Positions 56,678 through 64,000 of a stretch of 64,000 bases of DNA are shown here, piece after piece (position 1 is the stretch's first letter; every line of letters begins with the position of its first letter). This stretch comes from a virus: the IMG/VR virus record IMGVR_UViG_3300033149_002876, positions 4,118 through 68,117 of that record. The stretch is one strand, 5' to 3'. The position numbers were made by a program, and so were the translations under genes. Below the pieces are notes generated by a model. The model saw only the letters and a list, made by a program, of their open reading frames with translations. It did not search any database and was not told the origin of the DNA.

Positions 56678-57567
56678 CTTCTTTTCCTTCTTCTTATTTT
56701 ACTTTTGAATTTACCTTTGAAAAAATTTATCCATTGTTTCTTTCTCTTGGGCTCCAGATAACTCATAATATTATAATACTTACAGAACTTAAAAAACATT
56801 TTGATATTATATTCTGGTTCATATATTTCAAATGATTTTGTTTTCTTGTGAGGAAGTACAGTTAGTTCAGCCCATTCCTTATACTCATTCGTACTTTTTT
56901 CTATTGTTCTATATTGTTTATACTTTTTTGATAACTTTCCTGTTAAATATTTAATAGCTCCTTTTTCACCTACTCCTTTTAAACCAGGAACACAATCTGA
57001 AGTACAACCACCAAGACCTTTTACCATACCCCATGTAGCCGGAATCAAATTATATTTTTCTTCAAAAGATTCCATATCCATTAATAATTTTTTTCCTGGA
57101 TCATACCATTTAACATAAGGATTAATACATTGGTATAAATCTTGATCTGATGTAATGATAATTCCTTTTTGTTTTTTCCAAGTAAGTTTTTCAGCAGCAT
57201 AAGCAATTAAATCATCTGATTCTAAACCTACTTGTTTAAATATAGGGAAACCTAGTTTAGGAAATATTTTATTTTTAAGTTTGTCTACCTGCAGATGCAT
57301 TATATCAATTTGCTTTTGTTCTTCTGGAGTACGTGAATCATGTCTTCTCTTCTTATATCCGGGGAAAGCCCGTTCACGATAACTTTTTTTTGAATCAGCA
57401 AAGATCACTATTTTATTACTACTTACTGGAGGGTTTTTACATATATCATAAAGCTCTTGAAAGAATCCATAGAGAACTCCTGTTGGAATATCTTCATGAG
57501 TTAAATTTCCGGTGGTGCATCTTGCCCGGTGAGCAATATAACTCAAATCTATAAATACCCATTTCAT
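56674..57567 (-). CDS. 5'-3' exonuclease / flap endonuclease (T4 RNase H-like)
   Basis: IDLS, YKKRR, LESDD, TSDQD and SDCVPGLKGVGEK. Confidence 0.9.
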   Translation of the reverse strand: MKWVFIDLSYIAHRARCTTGNLTHEDIPTGVLYGFFQELYDICKNPPVSSNKIVIFADSKKSYRERAFPGYKKRRHDSRTPEEQKQIDIMHLQVDKLKNKIFPKLGFPIFKQVGLESDDLIAYAAEKLTWKKQKGIIITSDQDLYQCINPYVKWYDPGKKLLMDMESFEEKYNLIPATWGMVKGLGGCTSDCVPGLKGVGEKGAIKYLTGKLSKKYKQYRTIEKSTNEYKEWAELTVLPHKKTKSFEIYEPEYNIKMFFKFCKYYNIMSYLEPKRKKQWINFFKGKFKSKIRRRKRR

Positions 57568-57812
57568 TTTTTATCTTTCTTGAAGGGTTTGTCTATCATG
57601 GGTAATTGTGGCTGCAAAGGTTGATGGAATGTTAATTGACTAAACCAAAAACATCCAGTGAATAGTATTTTCAAACGTTCTCTCCAAGTTAATTTCCAAC
57701 AAGAGATTACATCACCTTCAGGTTCTTCTGATCTATAAACAGGTAAAGGTAAATATTCGGGTTGATCTTTTGCATAAGTACAATTTGATTCTTTAAATTT
57801 AATAGGTTTCAT
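57564..57812 (-). CDS. Hypothetical phage protein
   Basis: MKPIKF...QPEYLPLP...ISCWKLTWRERL. Confidence 0.6.
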   Translation of the reverse strand: MKPIKFKESNCTYAKDQPEYLPLPVYRSEEPEGDVISCWKLTWRERLKILFTGCFWFSQLTFHQPLQPQLPMIDKPFKKDKK

Positions 57813-58060
57813 TTCTTTTTCCTTTTCAAAGACTCTCTCCATTTTTCCATAAGCATATCAATATACTTAATAATTTCATCAAAACATTTTGGATCTATAT
57901 CAGTTTTTGGGAGTGCTCTCCAAACATAAGTACGCCAAGCACCTTTCCAATGAATTATTCCTATTTTCTGATGTCCATAATATTCATTAAATACTAAATA
58001 CCTTGATAATTTATTTTTAGGTTTTGGAGGAATCTTTTTGAAACTCAAATAACGTTCCAT
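57809..58060 (-). CDS. Hypothetical protein, same domain family as 10065 and 10884
   Basis: YLSF...IGIIHW..AWRTY...CFDEI. Confidence 0.55.
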   Translation of the reverse strand: MERYLSFKKIPPKPKNKLSRYLVFNEYYGHQKIGIIHWKGAWRTYVWRALPKTDIDPKCFDEIIKYIDMLMEKWRESLKRKKK

Positions 58061-59161
58061 TTAATATCTTCCTTTCCTGTTTAAATTACAGGCAAGCCTA
58101 ATTTCTTTCCAACATCTTCCAGTAATAATTTGAAGTTTTCTGTATAAATTTTCTTCTTCAATATAATGAATCAATTTTTCTCTAGTAAAAGTTGCTTTGA
58201 ATTCTTCAGCATTAATCTTTTGTCCTGTTTTACTCCACCATTTCTCATCAACAAGATAATCAATACAGCTACCAATATCATCAATCCCATATGTGGGATA
58301 AATATCCAGTTTGACTTTATATTTTTCTCCTGTTATTCGGTTCTTTTTTAATTTAAGGTCTATGTGGACTCCAATTGATCTTGGTTTCCCTTTAACAGTT
58401 TTGGTAATTTGACCGTATACACTACTCCATATTTCTACAGTAGCATAAAACTTAAGTGATTTTCCACCAGAACGAGTTTTCTTTTCCCTGCCAAATCCAA
58501 TATTATCTCTTGTCTGGGAAATGATGATCAATATAGAACCAGTTTTTTTCAAACGGTTCACCATCTTTCTTATATTTTCACTATTCTTTTTAGCTTTGCT
58601 TGTGCCATAACTTCCTTCTGTTGTTTTTCCTTTTCTGTGAGCCTCTTTCTGTTCTTCAAATTTCTCATTGTCAGCTTCACTATCTAATCCATCCATACTA
58701 TCTAAAATATATATGAAAGGTTTATCAGCTTTAATTGCATCATCTAAATTATAATAAAATTCTTCAATCAGCATTGAGTAAATTGGATTTCCTTTTTCAT
58801 CTGTCATGGGTGCTTCAACTTTTCTGGCTACTTCTTTATTAAAAAGAGCTTCCAAATCAATGTTCATTCCGTCCTCAACGTTATCATATATCAATCGGTA
58901 ATTTTTAAATAAAGGATGTCTTAATGCTTCAGCAAGACATGTCATAGATAAAAAGGTTTTGCCACTTTCAGAATCACCTACTATAAAATAATATTTTCCT
59001 TTTGCAAATGCTCCAAAAGGATTATTGGTACACGCCAGGTTTAAAAGTGTTGAACCTGATGAGAGTATATTTTCAGTTTTAGGTTTTAATTTCTTTTTCT
59101 TTTTTGGTTTCTTTGCTGCAGTCTTTTTTATTTGCTTCACTATCTTTTTAAACTTGGACAT
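58061..59161 (-). CDS. recA: RecA/UvsX-like recombinase
   Basis: SSGSTLLN, GDSESGKT, ILDSMD, ISQTRD and SGGKSLKFYA. Confidence 0.92.
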   Translation of the reverse strand: MSKFKKIVKQIKKTAAKKPKKKKKLKPKTENILSSGSTLLNLACTNNPFGAFAKGKYYFIVGDSESGKTFLSMTCLAEALRHPLFKNYRLIYDNVEDGMNIDLEALFNKEVARKVEAPMTDEKGNPIYSMLIEEFYYNLDDAIKADKPFIYILDSMDGLDSEADNEKFEEQKEAHRKGKTTEGSYGTSKAKKNSENIRKMVNRLKKTGSILIIISQTRDNIGFGREKKTRSGGKSLKFYATVEIWSSVYGQITKTVKGKPRSIGVHIDLKLKKNRITGEKYKVKLDIYPTYGIDDIGSCIDYLVDEKWWSKTGQKINAEEFKATFTREKLIHYIEEENLYRKLQIITGRCWKEIRLACNLNRKGRY

Positions 59162-59179
59162 AAGTTTTCCTTAAAAGTA

Positions 59180-59204
59180 GGGGAGAGGTTATTAGCCCCT
59201 CCCC
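59180..59204 (-). terminator. Hairpin terminator after SSB
   Basis: GGGGAGAGG..CCCCTCCCC stem flanked by A/T runs. Confidence 0.6.
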
Positions 59205-59217
59205 CAAAAATGTTTAA

Positions 59218-60414
59218 TTATTCTTCTTCCTCTTCTTCTTCGTCCTCTTCCTCTTCTTCAAAATCATCATCTTCTTCCTCTTCCTCTTCTTCGTCGTCCT
59301 CTTCTTCTTCTTCTTCCTCTTCATCATCCCAATCATCATCTTCGTCGTCCTCTTCTTCTTCTTCTTCCTCTTCATCATCCCAATCATCATCTTCGTCGTC
59401 TTCTTCTTCTTCTTCCAAATCTTCCTCTTCTTCTTCGTCTTCTTCATCATCCCAATCATCATCATCATCTTCTTCGTCCTCTTCAGGTTCAGGCTTCTTC
59501 TTCTTTTTAGCTGCCTTCTTTTTCTTTGCTGCTTTCTTCCTGGGTTTGGGTTTTGCTTCTTCTTCTTCATCATCATCTTCTTCTTCGTCTTCAGGATCTT
59601 CACCTTCAAGAAACATGGCTTCAATCTTTTTAGAAGGAAGAACATTTAAAATGGTATCCAGATCAAGAACTTTTTCAAGTATCTCATCTTCATCCATCTC
59701 ATCACGTTCAACAAAATCAAAAGCTGTTGCTTCAAGAAATTTATTCCCATTATAAACAGCATCTGAAAATCTCACTCTTACTGTTCTGCCTTCATCCGTC
59801 ACGTCCCAGAAAGAAAAGTTGTCTTCATTTTCGGGCTCTTCCAGTTCTGCATTCAACTGCATATCAAATTTGCCATATGAAAGAGCGAAAATAGCAATGG
59901 TATCAGGATCGTCAGGATGAAGAATGTTCATTATGACCCATTCCTGGCCTTTAATGTCATTGATCAACTCTTTGTTTTCATCCCAATTCTTTTTCAGTTT
60001 GTCAACTTCATTGCAGATGATACAGGGTTTGCCAATTGACCGGGGGCAAACAACAGAAGCTTTATCAATACCCAGATCATAATGAACTCTGAAGTATCTT
60101 CTGAACCAAAGATTACCTTTTCCAATGACGTTTCCATTCCGTTCTTTATGATCCTTGATTGAAATTTCAAAAGGAACAATATCCAATTTGTATTTTCCTC
60201 TTTTCTCAGGAGACCATACTTCAGTATCTTTAGGAAGATTCAACCAGTTTGCATTTTTACCACCGCTGACCATGTTTTTCTTTGTGTCTTCTTTTGAAAG
60301 CCGGTTACGATTTGACTTTCTTTTTTTACTTTTCACAGGTCTCTTCTTTGCGGATTTTTTCTTTGCTGCCTTCTTTTTGGCAGGTCTTTTCTTAACAGCT
60401 TTTTTCTTAGCCAT
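59218..60414 (-). CDS. gp32-like single-stranded DNA-binding protein with basic N-arm and very long acidic tail
   Basis: VH...CPRSIGKPCIIC Zn site, FWD..EGRT and DLD motifs; start at MAKKKA. Confidence 0.8.
   Translation of the reverse strand: MAKKKAVKKRPAKKKAAKKKSAKKRPVKSKKRKSNRNRLSKEDTKKNMVSGGKNANWLNLPKDTEVWSPEKRGKYKLDIVPFEISIKDHKERNGNVIGKGNLWFRRYFRVHYDLGIDKASVVCPRSIGKPCIICNEVDKLKKNWDENKELINDIKGQEWVIMNILHPDDPDTIAIFALSYGKFDMQLNAELEEPENEDNFSFWDVTDEGRTVRVRFSDAVYNGNKFLEATAFDFVERDEMDEDEILEKVLDLDTILNVLPSKKIEAMFLEGEDPEDEEEDDDEEEEAKPKPRKKAAKKKKAAKKKKKPEPEEDEEDDDDDWDDEEDEEEEEDLEEEEEDDEDDDWDDEEEEEEEEDDEDDDWDDEEEEEEEEDDEEEEEEEDDDFEEEEEDEEEEEEE
59288..59400. repeat. 51-bp tandem repeat (about 2.2 copies) in the SSB acidic tail
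   Basis: Units start at 59288, 59339 and 59390; each encodes DDDWDDEEEEEEEEDDE. Confidence 0.8.
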
Positions 60415-60547
60415 TTCTTTTCCTTTCTTTCCATTCCTCAATTGATCGCATTATAGCTGTAGTTGATGTTCTAGCAGCCACATACAACCAATACCAAGCA
60501 ATGATTCCAATAAAAATATATCTCAAAACAGTTACAAAATTATTCAC
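60407..60547 (-). CDS. Small membrane protein (46 aa)
   Basis: Manually read MNNFVTVLRYIFIGIIAWYWLYVAAR...; overlaps both neighbours. Confidence 0.5.
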   Translation of the reverse strand: MNNFVTVLRYIFIGIIAWYWLYVAARTSTTAIMRSIEEWKERKRNG

Positions 60548-61055
60548 GGCTACCCTTCTTTCTTTTCCGACTCTGCTTGATCATTTTCTCATTAGTCTTT
60601 TCTCCTTTCTTTTTCTTAACTTTATTCCAAAAATAATCTGGTGAATGAGGCGTGCTTGGTCCTGAAAAATATTCTCTTCCATGAAGTTGTACCAACAACT
60701 CTAACATTCGTTTCCTTTGCTCCATTGATTCTTGAGCTTTATTAAGTAAATCAGCTTCATATCTAGCATTAATCATTCGTTTATAAGCAATTTTATATTC
60801 AACATGAGTTGTGACTGCTTCTCTAATAGCATTGTCAGTTACCTTTGTAATATTAAATGCTGCTGGTTTTCCTCTTGCTCTTCGTGCTAACTCAGCTTCT
60901 TTTACGCTTAGTTTAAATTTATAAATTTCATATTTTTTACGGGCTTTCTGAGTCAATGAAGAATATTTAAAATAGAGTTCAGGCTGAAGACAAGCTTCAA
61001 CTTCTAAATTTTCAATATCAATTTCTGAATCTTTTTCAAATTCGTTTTTATTCAT
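60540..61055 (-). CDS. UvsY-like recombination mediator
   Basis: IDIENL..E...QPELYFKY, helical protein upstream of SSB and recA. Confidence 0.55.
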   Translation of the reverse strand: MNKNEFEKDSEIDIENLEVEACLQPELYFKYSSLTQKARKKYEIYKFKLSVKEAELARRARGKPAAFNITKVTDNAIREAVTTHVEYKIAYKRMINARYEADLLNKAQESMEQRKRMLELLVQLHGREYFSGPSTPHSPDYFWNKVKKKKGEKTNEKMIKQSRKRKKGSRE

Positions 61056-61312
61056 TAGTAACCACCATTTGCCATATTATTTATAACATCTTTTGCAAAT
61101 CTTTCAACAGCTTCTAATTGAGCTTCGGCATTTCCAGTATTCTGGTCAGCCCTTGTACGATATTTTTTATATTGTTCTTTTTCCATTTTGTGAAATTCTA
61201 AAGAGCCTTTAAGTGTTTTTATTTCTCCTTCTAATTCAATAATCTTTTTTAATTTTTCGCAATTCTCTTTTGCAAGCCTTTTAGTAAGTTTAAGTAATTC
61301 ATCTTTAGTCAT
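61055..61312 (-). CDS. Coiled-coil hypothetical protein
   Basis: ORF with AAGGAG SD. Confidence 0.55.
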   Translation of the reverse strand: MTKDELLKLTKRLAKENCEKLKKIIELEGEIKTLKGSLEFHKMEKEQYKKYRTRADQNTGNAEAQLEAVERFAKDVINNMANGGY

Positions 61313-61340
61313 TTTTCATCTCCTTAAAATAAAATATAAA

Positions 61341-61431
61341 ATGCGGTGAAGTAAAAGGAAAGGAGAACATGAATTCCCAACCGGTCGTGACTGCTTGTCC
61401 ATGATTACAGCAAAAACCAACTCCACCGCAT
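61341..61431 (-). ncRNA. Candidate sRNA or structured leader
   Basis: 12-bp closing stem ATGCGGTGGAGT/ACTTCACCGCAT, internal hairpins and a CU-rich tract; downstream of motif copy 4 and followed by a U-run. Confidence 0.55.
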
Positions 61432-61452
61432 AGTTTTAAAAGAACTTTCTTA

Positions 61453-61468
61453 TATATTATTATCTTTT
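61453..61468 (-). promoter_or_regulatory. AAAAGATAATAATATA motif, copy 4
   Basis: Exact 16-mer just after the clamp-loader stop. Confidence 0.75.
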
Positions 61469-61476
61469 TCAACACT

Positions 61477-62394
61477 TTAAAAGTCTCCATTAACAGCTTG
61501 ATAGCAAGCTCTTACCAAACCAAACTTCTTTGAATCGTAGAAATGATTTTCAAAACAAGTCAATATATGAAAGATATAATCTTTGTTTTTTGCATTACCT
61601 AAAAGACAACCAGAACAATATCCCATTACAGCCCACCTTATTGATTCTGGTTCACCTTTAATATCCCGGAGAATTTTAGAAACAAATGACCACTCTTTAT
61701 TCTGTATCAATGCCCGGCATAAATCTATACCTTCTTTCTCATCTTCCTGGGCCCCTATGGCTTCGCTACGTTGATTCTCCGGCAGGTTCTTTAATTTATC
61801 GAGTAAAACCAAGCATTTTCGTGCGGAGCCCTCAGAAGCGTCTATTACATCTTCTATTATATCTGCAGTAAATTTTATTTTTTCTCTTTTGCTTATTCTT
61901 TGTATGAGCTTAAGCATGTTTTGTCTATCAAGAGGTTCCACAGGCATTTCAGTACAACGATTACGAATAGTACTTATTAACTTCTGAGGATTGGTAGTGC
62001 AAAGGAAAAAATAAATATGGTCTGGAGTATCTTCAAATATTTTCAAAGCAGCTTCTTGTCCAGCTGTAGTCATTTGATGAACTTCATCCAATAACCATAT
62101 TCTGCAAGTTCCTCCAACTGGTGCTAAATGCATTGTTTGTCTAATTTCTCTGGTGGTATCTATTCCCCGGAAATCAGAACAGTTCAATTCTTGGAAATCT
62201 ATATCAGCACATTCCAGTTCTTCTTTAAGTATTCGGGCTAATGTTGTTTTTCCACAACCGGATTCCCCGTGAAATAATATTGTATGAGGAACTGTTTTAC
62301 GTTCAATCATATTCTTTAAAGTAGCAACAGTGGATTTATTTCCAATTACCCCTTTTAAAGTTTTGGGTCTATGTTTTTTATAAAGTTCTTTCAT
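61477..62394 (-). CDS. Clamp loader AAA+ subunit (DnaX/RFC-like)
   Basis: LYKKHRP, GESGCGKTT, LDEVH and TIRNRC. Confidence 0.9.
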   Translation of the reverse strand: MKELYKKHRPKTLKGVIGNKSTVATLKNMIERKTVPHTILFHGESGCGKTTLARILKEELECADIDFQELNCSDFRGIDTTREIRQTMHLAPVGGTCRIWLLDEVHQMTTAGQEAALKIFEDTPDHIYFFLCTTNPQKLISTIRNRCTEMPVEPLDRQNMLKLIQRISKREKIKFTADIIEDVIDASEGSARKCLVLLDKLKNLPENQRSEAIGAQEDEKEGIDLCRALIQNKEWSFVSKILRDIKGEPESIRWAVMGYCSGCLLGNAKNKDYIFHILTCFENHFYDSKKFGLVRACYQAVNGDF

Positions 62395-62395
62395 T

Positions 62396-62638
62396 TTATT
62401 TCCTTGCATTTTCGTTAAAACAATCACAAACTTTTCGCATCCATTCTGTTGTTCTTATTTTTTCTGGAGATAAATAACACATAAGATTATTTTTTAACTT
62501 TACCCATAACCCGTGTTCTGTTTCTGGTAATACTAAAAATATATTATTTTTGAATTCTTCAAGAAATCTATGAAATTCATGGTCTTCTCTAGGTATTATT
62601 TTTATCATTTCTTTCACAGTTCCAATAATATCTCTCAT
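62396..62638 (-). CDS. Hypothetical protein
   Basis: ORF coupled to polA. Confidence 0.5.
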   Translation of the reverse strand: MRDIIGTVKEMIKIIPREDHEFHRFLEEFKNNIFLVLPETEHGLWVKLKNNLMCYLSPEKIRTTEWMRKVCDCFNENARK

Positions 62639-64000
62639 TTTGGTATCTCCATTTCTTCTTTATCAGCCCAACTACCTCCAACTGGAGAAACTTCAGCTTC
62701 AATTTCAAGAGGAACATTTATCCATTTCCATTTTCTTGCTAATTGTTTTGTCATTACATCATTCGCAAGAACTAAAAAATCATTTAACTCTTCTTCCGGG
62801 ACATCAGCAAGGATACTATCATGAATCTGACCCACAATTAAAGTTTTCATTTTATGTTTCTTAAGCTCAACTCTTACTAATCGAGTCAAGGACCAAAGTA
62901 AACAATGAAAAGCTGATCCCTGGACAGGATAATTTATTATTTCATTACGTTTCATAAAGCCTTGACATATGAATCCTGTTTTAGTTAACATATATCCATT
63001 GTCCAGATATTTATTATACCATTTCTTTTTCCATTGAGCATACACTTTGAATCGTTTCTCCCAAAAGTTTTTTTCAACCATTTCAATATGTCTTACAAAT
63101 GTGTATTTGGGTTGAGTATCATATTTATTTAAACTTTCACAGTCACCTAATTCAGTAATTCCTTTTTTTCTTAAGTGGGTTTTAAGGGGAGTTCCTTTTT
63201 CTGTCTTTAGATCACCTGTTATTATTGATTCCCATAAGTTCCGGGCACAATCAACATAAACACTCCCATAAAATTGAGGAAATACAAAACAATTCTTTCC
63301 ATAGAAACGAATATCCTTAGTGATTTGATTTGAATTAAGCTTATAACATTCCATAGCCATGTCCCGGTGCATATCTTTCTCAGGATTCTTTATATAATCA
63401 ATCATCCGGGGATCTTTATGATAGCAAGCTGCTACTCCAACTTCAATTCCACTATAATCTAATTCAAGTAATTGATTCCCTGGCCTGGCAATGAAAGCTC
63501 TTCTGATCAATTTACCTAGTTCTTTATCCCTTACAGGAATGTTTTGAAAATTAGGTGAGTCAGATGATCCCCGAAATGTTCTAGGGATATGTAAATTGAA
63601 AAAAGGATGAAGCAAACCATCAACAACTTCCTTTTCAATTCCCCTTAGATAAGTTGTAAGAGCTTTTTGTAGCTTTTTAATTTTTAGATAACCAATTACG
63701 AATGGATGATCTACTGTCATTAAAGATTTTTCATTGGTTCTGTATCTTCCAGTTTTAGTTAAGTCTGGACATTCAATTCCCATATGCTCAAACAATATTT
63801 TTCCTAGTTGATCATTTGAATTAAAATTAGTTTTATGTTTATATATCTTTCTCCAGGTTTTTGCTACTTCTGTTTTATCTAATTTTGTTAAAAGCTTTTT
63901 GATTCTTCTTTCAGTTTTTGTTGTAGCTCTTTTTAAATAAGCAGTATCAATTTGGATTCCATTCCCTTCTACTTCTGCCAGGGCAATAGCTCCATCATGA
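62635..64000 (-). CDS. polA: Family A DNA polymerase, C-terminal part (5' end outside the window)
   Basis: Frame stays open to the window edge (EGNGIQID, NFNSNDQL); SSDSPNFQNIP, DYSGIE, NYPVQGSA and QIHDS. Confidence 0.93.
   Translation of the reverse strand, partial: HDGAIALAEVEGNGIQIDTAYLKRATTKTERRIKKLLTKLDKTEVAKTWRKIYKHKTNFNSNDQLGKILFEHMGIECPDLTKTGRYRTNEKSLMTVDHPFVIGYLKIKKLQKALTTYLRGIEKEVVDGLLHPFFNLHIPRTFRGSSDSPNFQNIPVRDKELGKLIRRAFIARPGNQLLELDYSGIEVGVAACYHKDPRMIDYIKNPEKDMHRDMAMECYKLNSNQITKDIRFYGKNCFVFPQFYGSVYVDCARNLWESIITGDLKTEKGTPLKTHLRKKGITELGDCESLNKYDTQPKYTFVRHIEMVEKNFWEKRFKVYAQWKKKWYNKYLDNGYMLTKTGFICQGFMKRNEIINYPVQGSAFHCLLWSLTRLVRVELKKHKMKTLIVGQIHDSILADVPEEELNDFLVLANDVMTKQLARKWKWINVPLEIEAEVSPVGGSWADKEEMEIPK

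Noticed and set aside
59132-59755. Poly-Ser ORF and the K/M-rich alternative frame 59214-59645
   Set aside because: Artefacts of GAA/GAT repeats in the SSB tail.
60460-60490. preQ1-I riboswitch-like GTTCTAGC
   Set aside because: It is on the non-coding strand within a small ORF, lacks the P1 stem and A-rich tail, and is far from the que genes.
61305-61490. 61-aa minus-strand ORF
   Set aside because: It spans a promoter motif and a structured element, with atypical composition; more likely non-coding.
1-64000. tRNA genes, CRISPR array, DGR, introns/inteins, integrase
   Set aside because: No cloverleaf with T-loop consensus, no repeat-spacer array, no reverse transcriptase, and no interrupted core genes or recombinase motifs were seen by eye. 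tRNAscan/Infernal were not run.

Overview
This window is most of the genome of an AT-rich, long-tailed (siphovirus-type) bacteriophage, probably lytic. No integrase, tail sheath, tRNA, rRNA or CRISPR array was seen. Layout: (1) 1-8956, minus strand: a 7-deazaguanine (preQ0) biosynthesis operon (queC-queD-queE and a phosphoribosyltransferase-FolE fusion that the ORF track missed), followed by replicative helicase, initiator-like protein, primase, an RHH protein, an SNF2 helicase and a sigma factor. (2) 9152-49340, plus strand: small accessory genes, then the terminase/portal/head module with a Linocin-M18-like major capsid and a Maf/MptE-like transferase, a holin/spanin-like cassette, a ~6 kb neck insertion with four LamG genes, a tail module with a -1 frameshifted chaperone, and a ~10 kb run of 15 glycan-modifying-type genes (glycosyltransferases, four sulfotransferases, three methyltransferases, a radical SAM enzyme, a ParB-like protein and an epimerase). 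(3) 49413-64000, minus strand: an early-gene island, a Rad50/SbcC split into three genes with Mre11/SbcD and a Spo11/TopoVI-A-like protein, RuvC, a 5'-3' exonuclease, RecA, SSB, a UvsY-like protein, a clamp loader and a family A DNA polymerase (truncated at the window edge). Recurrent promoter motifs and four structured intergenic RNA candidates were found by eye. The best novelty candidates are the late-operon sulfated/methylated glycan cluster, the PRTase-FolE fusion, the Spo11-like + split MR module, and an RNA element complementary to three late-gene ribosome-binding regions. All protein calls come from motif recognition only; no database searches were run.
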